A stretch of DNA of 53,543 nt from Pyrolobus sp. (lineage in GTDB: Archaea > Thermoproteota > Thermoprotei_A > Sulfolobales > Pyrodictiaceae): positions 1-53,543 of the forward strand of contig WAOO01000125.1 of NCBI GenBank assembly GCA_015521195.1. Direction: 5' to 3'. A program made the translations under genes and the position numbers. The notes beneath the pieces were generated by a model that made no database searches, was not told where the DNA came from, and saw nothing but the letters and a program-made list of their open reading frames with translations. Positions 18,287 to 28,000 of the stretch are shown piece after piece; positions within the stretch are counted from its first letter, which is position 1; each line of letters starts with the position of its first letter.

Positions 18287-18729
18287 CCCTCCTTCCTCTT
18301 CTCTACAACCCTGACGTATTCTATGCGCGTGTAGGGATACTGACCCTTCTCGTCTTTCTCGTACTTCTTTACCATATCCCATACAGTGAGCAGCGCGACA
18401 GTAACTGCGGTCAGGGCCTCCATTTCGACACCCGTCTTTGCATCGGTGACTACCCGCGCAGTGCACCTCACCCTCTCTTCGTCTACAACCTCGCACCTGA
18501 CGTCAACCTTGTTGAGCGGTATGGGGTGGCAGAGTGGTATAAGCTCGGGTGTCTTCTTAGCTGCAAGTATGCCAGCTATACTCGCGGCTGCGAAGACGTC
18601 GCCTTTTTCGACGTTACCCTCGAGGATTCTTTTGACAGTCTCCCTCCGTAGTCGTATCACGCCCTCTGCTACAGCCTCCCGGTGGACTATGGGCTTGGGG
18701 GTTACATCGACCATCTCTATCCTTGACAA
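18283..18729 (-). CDS. moaC: cyclic pyranopterin monophosphate synthase MoaC
   Basis: MVDV, KGDV, LIPLCHPIPL, TGVEMEAL, WDMVK. TTG start at 18729 preferred. Confidence 0.95.
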   Translation of the reverse strand: MSRIEMVDVTPKPIVHREAVAEGVIRLRRETVKRILEGNVEKGDVFAAASIAGILAAKKTPELIPLCHPIPLNKVDVRCEVVDEERVRCTARVVTDAKTGVEMEALTAVTVALLTVWDMVKKYEKDEKGQYPYTRIEYVRVVEKRKEG

Positions 18730-18730
18730 G

Positions 18731-18985
18731 CTATTTCCCTGTGAATAGTGCGAGTATCTTCTCGACAATAGGGTTATCCCGGTTTAGTGCAATAATGCGG
18801 GCGCGCCCGAAACGCTTCTCGACGACGACACCGTGCTTCTTTAAGACCTCTATGTGCTTGTTTACAAGCCGGTAGTGCATACCGGTCTCCCTGACAAGCC
18901 TCGTTATGTTTATCTCGTTGTACTCTGCTAGCACGCGGAGTATCCTCACGCGCCCCGGGCTTCCAAGTATCTCCTCGAGGCTCAC
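18731..18985 (-). CDS. small winged-helix (ArsR-like) DNA-binding protein
   Basis: LGSPGRVRILRVL...INITRLVRETGM...VNKHIEVL...G.V.EKRFGR. Confidence 0.85.
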   Translation of the reverse strand: MSLEEILGSPGRVRILRVLAEYNEINITRLVRETGMHYRLVNKHIEVLKKHGVVVEKRFGRARIIALNRDNPIVEKILALFTGK

Positions 18986-20238
18986 GGATATCCACCCGCC
19001 TTGAGCCTTTTAATCGCCTCGACAACCTTCTCTTCGAGTATGTCGAGGGGTGCTGCGCTGAGGCCTATCAGCGTCGTCCTCCCTCTCATCCCCTTACCGG
19101 AGGGCTTCGCATCGATAACCCCCTTGACCTTGAGGTCGCGTATATACTCGTAGACCTGGGTATGCCCCCTCGGCCTCTCGCCGAACTCCTCGCACACCGC
19201 TCGGTACTCCTGCTCTACCTCCCCCATGCGCGCATAGGGCTCCGTCTCCTTGCTCTTCAACACCCTTATTATCGCGAGTAGCAGGAGGAGCTGGTGTAGG
19301 GTAAGCGCTCCCTCGGTTATCAGGTCCTGTATCCTAATCGCGTGCGGGTTTACAAGGGCATGTGCCTTCCTCACATGCTCTATAGTCACCCTGCCCGCAC
19401 CCTCCTTGTCGGCGAAGTCGCCCGCGAGCGCCAGTATCTGGAGCGCCTGCCGGGCGTTACCCTCCCCCTGCCCGTCTATCCCGGTCAACTCGGCGATATA
19501 CTTGAGGACCTCGTCTCCAACCGTGCCGGGGTTGAAGGCCAGCTCAGCCCTGTAGGAGAGTATATCGTATAGCTGCGCGACGGTATACCCCCTCAACGTT
19601 ATAATGTTCTTCATGAGGTAGCCCGCTGTAGCCTGGTTTACCATGTTTACATGGCTCAGGTCCCTCATTATCAGTATGTAGTGTATACGCCGCTTGTAGT
19701 GAGGGTACTCGTCGTACACCCTTATGAGGAAGTAGACTGCGTCGCTACCACTGGTCTCTATAAAGTAGTCGAACTCGTCAAGGATTACTATCGCGTGTGC
19801 GTCTTGCTGCTCCAGCTCGTCGTGTACCGTCTCGAAGACCTCTCTGGGGGAGTAGCCCCTACGCGGGAGAGGAATGCCGAGCTGCGAAGCCATACTGGTT
19901 ACAACAGCGTATAGTGTACGCGCAGCATGACAGTTAATGTCAACCACCTTGACTTTTATCCCCCTCTTCTGAGCGCTGGCTGCGAAGTCGTAGGCGAATC
20001 TACGTGCAAGAGTAGTCTTCCCGACGCCTATCGGCCCTACTATCAGGGCCCGGAGTGACACGGCACCCGGCTCGGTCACCAGGCCACGGAAGTACATCGC
20101 AAGCTGCTCTAGCTCCTTCTCCCGGTGCGGCAGCCTATCGGGGAGGTAGTCCGGCTCTAGGCTCTGCCTGCTCTTGAATACGCTCGGCCTGCTTATCACA
20201 GACTCTATGATATCCCATGTGCGCGACTCGCCCGGCAT
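18982..20238 (-). CDS. cdc6: Orc1/Cdc6 replication initiator
   Basis: PDYLP.RLPHRE, GPIGVGKTT, INC, VILDEFD, GNARQAL, C-terminal winged helix with RGRTT. Confidence 0.95.
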   Translation of the reverse strand: MPGESRTWDIIESVISRPSVFKSRQSLEPDYLPDRLPHREKELEQLAMYFRGLVTEPGAVSLRALIVGPIGVGKTTLARRFAYDFAASAQKRGIKVKVVDINCHAARTLYAVVTSMASQLGIPLPRRGYSPREVFETVHDELEQQDAHAIVILDEFDYFIETSGSDAVYFLIRVYDEYPHYKRRIHYILIMRDLSHVNMVNQATAGYLMKNIITLRGYTVAQLYDILSYRAELAFNPGTVGDEVLKYIAELTGIDGQGEGNARQALQILALAGDFADKEGAGRVTIEHVRKAHALVNPHAIRIQDLITEGALTLHQLLLLLAIIRVLKSKETEPYARMGEVEQEYRAVCEEFGERPRGHTQVYEYIRDLKVKGVIDAKPSGKGMRGRTTLIGLSAAPLDILEEKVVEAIKRLKAGGYP

Positions 20239-20309
20239 ACTTCCGGCCTACCCCTTACCCGTGATTAACCTCTAGGCCGTCAGTATTCCTAATTGTATAT
20301 TGCCTTGCC

Positions 20310-20906
20310 TCAATGTATAATAGGAGTACATGGCCGGGTGTTACCACGCCTCTCCCACCAGAGGTCCACACGGTCGCATCCAACTGGGAGCACAGCGGCT
20401 ATGAGAGCCTCCGGGTAGAGCCCCTCCACTATAAGCTCCCATCCAGCCCTCCTGGTGAGCCTGAAGCCCAGCTCCTCGGCAACGGCACTCACAACCTCCT
20501 TCACGGTATGCTCGAAAGCGCGATACCCTCTAACCTCTACGCGTAGCCTAAGCTCGCCGACCTGCACATACTCTAGGAGCTCGCGTATGCCCGCATGTAG
20601 GCTCTCAGGGTTGAAGGGAAGGTGCGTGAATGCCGGGACGATGCGCTTCGCGTAAGCCGGCGGCCAGTGGTAGAGCCTGCGGAATAGACGCAACGGGTCT
20701 ACACGCGAATAGACGAGAACAGTGTCGGGAGCCGACCCTACCCTGACCGTTGCCACCTTCGGGTCTAGCTCGTAGAGTATATCGCCGAGCTCGGCTTCAA
20801 GCCTCTCTCCCCCGCCCTTCCCCGCCGTCGCTATCAGGGCGAGCACCAGCTCCCCGCGCTTCCACAGCACGCGCAGCGGGACAGCAATCTCGAAGCGGGC
20901 ACTCAT
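20310..20906 (-). CDS. THUMP-domain-like RNA-binding protein (start uncertain)
   Basis: E.ELGDILY..DP, VLVYS, PPAYAKRIVP and RVEVRG fit crenarchaeal THUMP proteins found beside cdc6. Confidence 0.6.
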   Translation of the reverse strand: MSARFEIAVPLRVLWKRGELVLALIATAGKGGGERLEAELGDILYELDPKVATVRVGSAPDTVLVYSRVDPLRLFRRLYHWPPAYAKRIVPAFTHLPFNPESLHAGIRELLEYVQVGELRLRVEVRGYRAFEHTVKEVVSAVAEELGFRLTRRAGWELIVEGLYPEALIAAVLPVGCDRVDLWWERRGNTRPCTPIIH

Positions 20907-21543
20907 CGCACCTAGGACGCCCGGGGCGGCAGTATCGACGCCCAAGCTCTATAAGGAGCATGTGTGCCTCGCGGCGCAACTGAGGAGGGAAGAAGGATTC
21001 ACCCCAACGCCGTTTCTCCTCATAGCCTCCGCTCACGCCCCACCGTTCAAGAATGCGAGATATGTGCGTGTCCACCGGGAAGAGGGGGAAGCCACAGTAG
21101 TTCATGAGCGTGACATCAGCCGTCTTGGGCCCCACCCCAGGCAGCTTCATGAGAAGCTTTCTAGCCTCCTCGGGCCGCAGCCTACAAATCTCCCTCTCAA
21201 CCTCCGTGTGTTCAAGAATCCACCTCGCTATCGCGAGTATCGCATCAACCCTCCTCCTGTACATCCCGGCGGGTTTAACAGCCTCCTCTAACCTCTCGCG
21301 GCCCAGCCTTAGCACAGCCTCCGGCGTCAACTCGCCACCAACAGCCTCAACAAGCCTCCTGTAAGCCTCTATCGCGTTCTTATCATTCGTGTTCTGGCTG
21401 AGGACGACCCCCACTAGTATGGAGAAGAGGCTGCGGCGCTGCCGCGCCGCGTAGAGGGCAACAAACCGCTCCGGAGACGGGCTCGGAAGGCTCCTCCTCA
21501 GCCTCTCTACAAGCTCCTCGGGGCCACACTGAGGCCCCTCCAT
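20797..21543 (-). CDS. nth: endonuclease III (HhH-GPD, 4Fe-4S)
   Basis: LSQNT.D, LPGVGPKTAD, PVDTHI, C-x6-C-x2-C-x5-C. Confidence 0.95.
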   Translation of the reverse strand: MEGPQCGPEELVERLRRSLPSPSPERFVALYAARQRRSLFSILVGVVLSQNTNDKNAIEAYRRLVEAVGGELTPEAVLRLGRERLEEAVKPAGMYRRRVDAILAIARWILEHTEVEREICRLRPEEARKLLMKLPGVGPKTADVTLMNYCGFPLFPVDTHISRILERWGVSGGYEEKRRWGESFFPPQLRREAHMLLIELGRRYCRPGRPRCDECPLRDCCPAARAVEARGAGARPDSDGGEGRGREA

Positions 21544-21595
21544 CGCGCAACGCCTAGCACGAGAGGAGGAGCCGCGTCGTTATCCCCACCGCCGT

Positions 21596-22945
21596 CTAGG
21601 ATAACAGCGGGGGGTAGGCTATCGGCTCTCCGGGCTTCAACGCCGATATGCCGGGATAGTACGCCTCGCCTCCGAGCTCCTCCTCTATCCTTAGGAGCTC
21701 ATTGTACTTGGCCGTCCTTTCTCCCCTGGCAGGCGCGCCGGTCTTTATCAGCCCGACGCCCGTGCCAACAGCTATATGCGCGATGCTAGTATCCTCTGTT
21801 TCACCGCTCCTATGGCTTATTATCGCCTTTAAGCCGGCCTGTACAGCCATCCTAACAACCTCCAACGCCTCCGTGAGCGTACCAACCTGGTTCACCTTGA
21901 CGAGTATCGCTGTAGTCGCACCCAGCCTAATCCCCCTGGCCAGCCTCTCGGGGTTCGTAGTGTAGAGGTCATCGCCGACAACCAGCACACCCTTAGCCCT
22001 AGCCTTTGACGTGAGCTCCGCGAAACCCTCGAAGTCCTCCTCGTACAGGGGGTCCTCTATGCTCCTAACAGGGTACTCGTCCAGGAGCCCCAGGAGATAC
22101 TCTATCATCGCGCCGCGGTCTAACTCCCTACCGTCTACACGGTAGACGCCCTTCTCCTCGTCATACAACTGGGACGCCGCAACGTCAAGCGCATAGACCA
22201 CGTCAGAGCCGGGCTCATACCCAGCCCTCCTAGTCGCCTCGACGAGCGCGTCAAGAGCCTCCCTATTCTCCTTCATAGGCGGTGCAAAGCCACCTTCATC
22301 TCCCACGTTGACTGCGCTCTTACCATACTTCGAGACGAGGACCTTCTTCAACGCCTTATAGACCTCTACAGCGATACGGAGAGCCTCCCTGAAGCTATCG
22401 GCCCCCACCGGGACTATCATGAACTCCTGGAAGGAGAGCTCATTGCCAGCGTGAACCCCGCCGTTTATAATGTTTAGCATTGGGACGGGCATCACGTAGG
22501 CGGATGGACCACCCAGGTACCGGTAGAGGGGGAGACCTGCCGTCGCCGCAGCAGCCTTCGCGACGGCAAGCGACACTGCAACGATGCTATTTCCGCCCAG
22601 AATCCTCTTCTCGCGTGTACCGTCAAGCCTGCACATCAACGCGTCAATCTCACGCTGCTTCCTCGAATCGAGCCCCACCAGCGCAGGCCCAATGACACTG
22701 TTTATCATCCTAACAGCCCTCTCTACTCCACGCCCACCCCACTCGACGCCACCATCCCTGAGCTCTACAGCCTCATGCCTACCCCTACTGGCGCCCGCCG
22801 GGGCGGCTGCACGACCGACCCCACCGCCCCTCGTGACAACCTCGGCCTCAACGGTGGGGTCGCCACGCGAGTCTAGAATCATGCGTCCCTTCACAGACGC
22901 TATTCTAAACGCGTCTGCATCCACCGCCAGGCACCACGCACCCAA
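21596..22945 (-). CDS. eno: enolase
   Basis: DSRG.PTVE, EAVELRDG, VGDEGG, VGDDL, KVNQVG, SHRSGET, AKYNELLRIEE. Confidence 0.97.
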   Translation of the reverse strand: MGAWCLAVDADAFRIASVKGRMILDSRGDPTVEAEVVTRGGGVGRAAAPAGASRGRHEAVELRDGGVEWGGRGVERAVRMINSVIGPALVGLDSRKQREIDALMCRLDGTREKRILGGNSIVAVSLAVAKAAAATAGLPLYRYLGGPSAYVMPVPMLNIINGGVHAGNELSFQEFMIVPVGADSFREALRIAVEVYKALKKVLVSKYGKSAVNVGDEGGFAPPMKENREALDALVEATRRAGYEPGSDVVYALDVAASQLYDEEKGVYRVDGRELDRGAMIEYLLGLLDEYPVRSIEDPLYEEDFEGFAELTSKARAKGVLVVGDDLYTTNPERLARGIRLGATTAILVKVNQVGTLTEALEVVRMAVQAGLKAIISHRSGETEDTSIAHIAVGTGVGLIKTGAPARGERTAKYNELLRIEEELGGEAYYPGISALKPGEPIAYPPLLS

Positions 22946-22999
22946 CCCGTCCCGCGTTTAAACCGAGCATGGCCCCCGGCTGGGGAGAGGGGAGGAACC

Positions 23000-23659
23000 C
23001 TGAGGATACTCATAATCGGCGCGGGGCAGGTGGGCTCCCACCTGGCTAGGATACTCGCACTCCACGGCAACGAGGTCATCGTAGTCGATAAGGACCCGGA
23101 GAGGTGCAGGAACCTCAGGGAATCACTCGAGGTGGACGTGAGCGTCATCGAGGGCGACGCCACAGACCCGGAGCTCTACAACGAGATAGATCTCAGCAGC
23201 ATAGACGTGCTAGTAGCCGCCACCAACCGCGACGAGGTGAACCTTTTCGTCGCTACACTGGCGCGCGACTATGGCGTCCGCAGGATAATAGCGAGGGCTA
23301 GGAACCCGCTCGTAGCCCGGCTCATGGAGAAGATTGGCGCAGAGTTCGTGATAACAGAGCCCCTGGTAACCGCGAAGATAATGGCGTCGATAATAGAGGG
23401 CAAGTATAACGTGATAAGCCTGGTCCCCGTCTTCACCGGCAACTATGTGCTCGTCTCGATAGCGATATCGGAGACCGATAGGAGCGTCGGCAAGAGCCTC
23501 GAGGAGCTAAGCCTCCCGAAAGAGTCGAGGATACTGGCGGTGTTCGACGGCGAGAGGCTCCTAGACCCGACCGAGGTCTCGCAGCTACAGCCAAACTATG
23601 TTATAATAGCATTGGTGCGAAGAGACCTCGTGCAAGAGTTTATCCAGGCCTTCCGCTGA
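23000..23659 (+). CDS. trkA: TrkA-family potassium uptake NAD-binding protein (probable CTG start)
   Basis: (M)RILIIGAGQVG Rossmann motif lies upstream of the first canonical start; GDAT, DEVN, RCK-C tail; GGAGG 4 nt before the CTG. Confidence 0.9.
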   Translation: MRILIIGAGQVGSHLARILALHGNEVIVVDKDPERCRNLRESLEVDVSVIEGDATDPELYNEIDLSSIDVLVAATNRDEVNLFVATLARDYGVRRIIARARNPLVARLMEKIGAEFVITEPLVTAKIMASIIEGKYNVISLVPVFTGNYVLVSIAISETDRSVGKSLEELSLPKESRILAVFDGERLLDPTEVSQLQPNYVIIALVRRDLVQEFIQAFR

Positions 23660-23676
23660 CGAGCGCGGCGACCCAC

Positions 23677-24441
23677 ATGCAGCACCTGAACCTAGACGTA
23701 CTCCCGTATCTCGAGGCGCTCATACCCTTCGTGATAGCCGCGATCATACTCCGGGTGCTGAAGGCACAGGTTTTTGAGGTTCCGGTCGGAGGAGCTGGCG
23801 CACCAACGCTCATGAGGCTCTACAGCTACATCTCGATAGCAGGCTACACGCTCGCCGCATTCGTAGCAATCTACATGGTTACAGGGGCGCCGGAGGCTCT
23901 CTACGCTGCGATAGCTGCGGGTATTGTCGTGGCCGCGCCCCTCGTACCGCTCATGCAAAACGCGTATGCGTATATCGTGCTGCTGCGCTCGGGTGTCGTG
24001 GCGCCCGGGGAGAGGATAGAGGTCGACGGTGTGAAAGGGAGTGTACACTCTGTAGGTCTCTACGCGACGACGGTGAGAACGGAGACCGGAGAGGTGATAG
24101 TTATACCGAATCGCGTGCTTGCGGAGCGTATAGTCTCGAAGAAGCCCGTCGACCGTAGAAGACTCGACGTATACGTTACGCTTCACGGTGTGCCACGGTC
24201 TCCTGGGACGCTTGACGAGATTATAATGAGGGTGCGCAAGATGCTCAGCGAGTTTAAAGCCGGGATTAGGGGGCTAGAGGCGACTATGATGGTGTTGGGC
24301 TTCGAGGGCGACAGGTTAACACTCCTCATTAGGATATACCTTGTCAACATCTCCGCCGTCACCGTCTCCGCGCTAATCTCAAGGATTATAACCACGCTGA
24401 ACGCCTACAAACCAGACGTGCGTGTAGAGGCGCACGAGTAG
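23677..24441 (+). CDS. MscS-family small mechanosensitive channel
   Basis: Three TM segments, then GERIEVDG.KG.V..VGLYAT.VRT..GE...IPN. Confidence 0.85.
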   Translation: MQHLNLDVLPYLEALIPFVIAAIILRVLKAQVFEVPVGGAGAPTLMRLYSYISIAGYTLAAFVAIYMVTGAPEALYAAIAAGIVVAAPLVPLMQNAYAYIVLLRSGVVAPGERIEVDGVKGSVHSVGLYATTVRTETGEVIVIPNRVLAERIVSKKPVDRRRLDVYVTLHGVPRSPGTLDEIIMRVRKMLSEFKAGIRGLEATMMVLGFEGDRLTLLIRIYLVNISAVTVSALISRIITTLNAYKPDVRVEAHE

Positions 24442-24456
24442 GGTAGGGTGGGAGGC

Positions 24457-24777
24457 GTGCCGAGGAAGAGGCAGAAACGCGACCCCTACGTCTGCCCAAG
24501 GTGCGGCACCAGGACCGAGCCGAAGAAGACCTGGCAGCTCGTCTCACCATTCCCTGACTCCAAGGGCAGGATAACAATCACGATAATGGGTAGCTTCGAA
24601 TGCCCCAACTGCGGCTATAAGTGGAGAGCCGTCATCTCCAAGATCAAGGTTGGCGGCGAAGAGGTCGAGGTGGGTGGTAAAAAGCTTGAGACCAAGGCTG
24701 CCGAGGAGGAGAAGAGGGAGGGCCCAGTCTTTGAAATCGACATTGACGACCTAGATGAGGAGGAAGAGGGCGGCTAG
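24457..24777 (+). CDS. Cren7-like chromatin protein with Zn-ribbon and acidic tail
   Basis: P.KTW.L.P...G....G.F..P..G..WR resembles Cren7; two CPxCG motifs. Confidence 0.65.
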   Translation: MPRKRQKRDPYVCPRCGTRTEPKKTWQLVSPFPDSKGRITITIMGSFECPNCGYKWRAVISKIKVGGEEVEVGGKKLETKAAEEEKREGPVFEIDIDDLDEEEEGG

Positions 24778-25386
24778 CGACGCGTAGAAGAGGAGCATGC
24801 CGGAGGCCGCTGCCTTTTCCCAGACCGGTGCCCCTCCCCAGCCCCACACGCTCCTCTCGAAGTACCTCCTAACGTCTTGGAGCACGACGTACCCCGCTAG
24901 GGCTGCCGTCAGCGCCGCTATCCTCGGGTGCCCTGCGTACGCTGCAGCAACGCCACCTGCGACCAGGATTGTCGAGAGCAGGAGAGTTTCGCGCGCCTCT
25001 CGAAGCAGGTATGCTGCTAGCCCGCTCCTACCCCTGATGAGCACCTCCTCGTACACCCCGGCTGCGGCGAGCAGGAGCGAGTCGATGGCCGCGCTGGCGG
25101 CCGACACCGGGTCGTGGTGTAGTATAGTCTCGGCTATCGCGGCTGGGATGTAGTAGAATGAGAGGGCGTAGATAGCCTCTGGCAGCATCCACCGGGCACC
25201 CAGGTATGCGGCGCAGGCGGCGTATAGCGACGCGACTATGGACGCCAAGAGTGTCGCGAACAGCCCGTAGAGGAGGCTGGGCGACATGTAGACGTATACG
25301 ACTACACTGCCCCACCCTACGGCTCCAGCCGCGAACCCCGCAAGACCGGCCCATACGAGGAGCTTATCGTCGCCACAGAAGACCAA
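24751..25386 (-). CDS. polytopic membrane protein, hypothetical
   Basis: Multiple hydrophobic helices; TTG start chosen to avoid overlap with the signal peptidase. Confidence 0.65.
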   Translation of the reverse strand: MVFCGDDKLLVWAGLAGFAAGAVGWGSVVVYVYMSPSLLYGLFATLLASIVASLYAACAAYLGARWMLPEAIYALSFYYIPAAIAETILHHDPVSAASAAIDSLLLAAAGVYEEVLIRGRSGLAAYLLREARETLLLSTILVAGGVAAAYAGHPRIAALTAALAGYVVLQDVRRYFERSVWGWGGAPVWEKAAASGMLLFYASLAALFLLI

Positions 25387-25474
25387 CCCATAATTATCTC
25401 TGCGGCTGACGCCATAACGAGGCTTCACGTTGACGCCCCGGCCTGCTGGTAGAGGGGGGAGAGCCGGTGGAACA

Positions 25475-25930
25475 GTGGGGCAAGTGATACGCGACCTAAT
25501 AGCCGCTGCTATACTCGCCGCGATAATGGCAGGCATCCTCGAGCTACTCGTCTTCAGGGAGACCGGCGTGTTCCTCGTGACCGTGGAGGGTAGGAGCATG
25601 CACCCGCTCTTCTACAGCGGCGACATAGTGGTCGTTGAGAGAGTGAAGCCTAGCGACATACACGTCGGCGATATAATCGTGTACGAGGGGTGCAAAGGCC
25701 ACCTTATAATACACAGGGTGTTTAAGGTGTGCCTCGTCGGAGGCACCTACTGCTACGTGACATGGGGCGATAACAACCCGATGCCAGACCTCCCGACAAT
25801 CTCCTGCACGATATACCGCTGCGGCAACTACTTCTGCATACCATACAACAGGGTGCTCGGCAAGGTGATAGGACCGGACCATGTAATCTACAAGGTGCCC
25901 TTTATCGGCGGCCTCGCTGCACTCCGCTAG
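25475..25930 (+). CDS. signal peptidase I (Sec11 type)
   Basis: TM anchor, V.G.SM.P, GDIIVY, IIHRV, TWGDNN..PD. Confidence 0.92.
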   Translation: MGQVIRDLIAAAILAAIMAGILELLVFRETGVFLVTVEGRSMHPLFYSGDIVVVERVKPSDIHVGDIIVYEGCKGHLIIHRVFKVCLVGGTYCYVTWGDNNPMPDLPTISCTIYRCGNYFCIPYNRVLGKVIGPDHVIYKVPFIGGLAALR

Positions 25931-27965
25931 TCGAGCCTAGGAGGTGGAGAGCGACATCCTTCACCCAGAGGCCAGACTGAGGGAGCTTCGCCAGCATACC
26001 GAGGTATTCCTCGAAGCTTATATCGCCTAGCCTTCTACGCCACTCTTCAAAACCCTTCCGGACCGCCGCCAACGCCTCCGCATGGAACCTGCAGAAGCGT
26101 CCATCTATACTCTCCCTGCCGCATATAACGCAGGGCCTCTCGGCGGGGACCAGCCTGAGGCTCTTTGCGAGCAGCACGCCAGCGTCTCTCATAGCCTTCC
26201 TCTTGAAATCCTCTAGTATCGTGCGGAGCACCCTCTTCGCCTCCTCCACAACCTCCTTGCGCCCCCGCCTCCCCGCCCTAATATCCTCGAGGAGACGTTC
26301 AAACTCGCGTGTCATCGAGACGCTCGTCAATTTCGGGAAGTACTCCTCCAGCACCTCTGCAACCGCGAAGCCCAGGTCGGTGACGGTGACCCTACCCTGG
26401 CTCAGCCTCAGATACCCCCGGTCGAAGAGCGTCTCGACTATCCTGGCTCTCGTGGCCTCGGTGCCTATACCCACCTTCTCCATCCACTTTACGAGCTTCG
26501 CCTTCGTGTAGGCCTCGGGGGGCTCAGTGTACACAGTCTCTATCCTCACGTTCTCGACTCTCAGCATCTGGCCCTGCCGGAGCCTCGGTATGCTGCCCGA
26601 AGGCCTGCTGTACGGATAGTAGTGGAGCCAGCCCTCCTCGACAACCGCGACCTCCGAGATTGTCACCCTCGCGACGCCAAGGTCTATGGTTGCGCTGGTC
26701 TTCTCGAGCACCGCTGGCTTGGCGAACGCCGCCAGGAACCTCCTGACTATCAACTCGTATATCCTCTCTTCAGCCCTGTTCAGCCTCCTCTGGGGCAACA
26801 CCCCCGTCGGGTGTATAGCAGGGTGCGCCGGGTCATCCTTAGGCCCCTGCACCGGCCGCAGCACGCCACCAGTCTCCCGGAGCAGCCTGGAGACTAGCGC
26901 CGCGAACCTAGGGTGGCCGGAGAGCCCCCGGAGTATAGACGCGAAGTCGATGGTTGGCGGCAGCTTCTGGCTGTTCGTCCTAGGATAGCTTATCAGGCTG
27001 TCGAGGTAGAGCTGCTCGGCCACCTCCTGGGTGAAGGCGGGGCTATAGCCGTAGAGCCTGGCGGCCTCCATCTGGAGGTCGCTGAGGTTGAAGGCGGGTG
27101 GGGGGTTGAGCCTCTCCCTCCTCGCCCTCACCGACGCTACCCTCGCGTAGCCTCGCCTCTCTATGAGAGACGCTATCCTCTCAGCCTCTGCCCTCCTCTC
27201 GACGCTCGCGGCGAGAACGTCTAGGCGGACGCCTGCGGCGGATAGCCTGACGCGCACGTGGAACCTGGGGAGGGGGACGTGGAGCCTCCTCCTAGCCTCC
27301 CTCCTCGCCGCCTCCACTAGGGTCGGCGACTGGACCCTCCCCGCGCTCAACACCACCCTCCTGCCGGTCACGAGCTTCACGGAGTCCATGAGGGCCCTGC
27401 TGACGTTAATCCCCCAGAGCCAGTCTAGCTCGTGGCGAGCCAACCCAGCCTCTATCATCGGCCAGTCGAGGGGCTCAAGCCTCCTAAACGCCCTCCTGAT
27501 ATCGGTGGGTGTTAGGGCCGAGAACTTGGCGCGGTAGGCGCGTTTCACGTCGCCGAGGAACCTTATGATGAGGTAGCCTATCACGGAGCCCTCGATGTCG
27601 TAGTCGCAGGCGTTGACGTAGACGCTAGCCCTCTTCGAGAGTGCCGCGAGGAGAGCCAGGAACCTCCTCACATGCTTGGCGCCCTCAGCCACGTCGAGCG
27701 GGACCCACTTGTAGGTGAAGACCGGGAACCCCCTCTCCTCGGTGTAGAGGCCGTAGAGGTGGCCGGCGGCGGGGGCTACGACCGTGAGCCTACCCTCCCA
27801 GTAGAGCACCCAGTAGGGGACACTATACATGCTGCACTTGCGGGCCCTCCCCGCCCCTAGAGCCTCAGCTATCTTCGAGGCAGCCTTCGGCTTCTCCGCG
27901 ATAACGAGCACATAGCCGCCCCTAGGCTGGCACCCGGCCACCAGCCACACTCCCCTCGCATCCAT
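25902..27965 (-). CDS. topA: type IA DNA topoisomerase (crenarchaeal TopA/Topo III)
   Basis: IAEKP, GHL, ACDYDIEG, SAGRVQSPTL, ISYPRT, AHPAIHPT, IGTEATR. Confidence 0.96.
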   Translation of the reverse strand: MDARGVWLVAGCQPRGGYVLVIAEKPKAASKIAEALGAGRARKCSMYSVPYWVLYWEGRLTVVAPAAGHLYGLYTEERGFPVFTYKWVPLDVAEGAKHVRRFLALLAALSKRASVYVNACDYDIEGSVIGYLIIRFLGDVKRAYRAKFSALTPTDIRRAFRRLEPLDWPMIEAGLARHELDWLWGINVSRALMDSVKLVTGRRVVLSAGRVQSPTLVEAARREARRRLHVPLPRFHVRVRLSAAGVRLDVLAASVERRAEAERIASLIERRGYARVASVRARRERLNPPPAFNLSDLQMEAARLYGYSPAFTQEVAEQLYLDSLISYPRTNSQKLPPTIDFASILRGLSGHPRFAALVSRLLRETGGVLRPVQGPKDDPAHPAIHPTGVLPQRRLNRAEERIYELIVRRFLAAFAKPAVLEKTSATIDLGVARVTISEVAVVEEGWLHYYPYSRPSGSIPRLRQGQMLRVENVRIETVYTEPPEAYTKAKLVKWMEKVGIGTEATRARIVETLFDRGYLRLSQGRVTVTDLGFAVAEVLEEYFPKLTSVSMTREFERLLEDIRAGRRGRKEVVEEAKRVLRTILEDFKRKAMRDAGVLLAKSLRLVPAERPCVICGRESIDGRFCRFHAEALAAVRKGFEEWRRRLGDISFEEYLGMLAKLPQSGLWVKDVALHLLGSTSGVQRGRR

Positions 27966-28000
27966 CAGCAGGGAGGAACCGGGGACAAGCGTTGAGGGTG

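Noticed and set aside
20239-20309. Replication origin next to cdc6
   Set aside because: The spacer is only about 70 nt, has no ORB-like TCCAxTGGAA...GGGG repeat, and its AT patch is explained by a promoter
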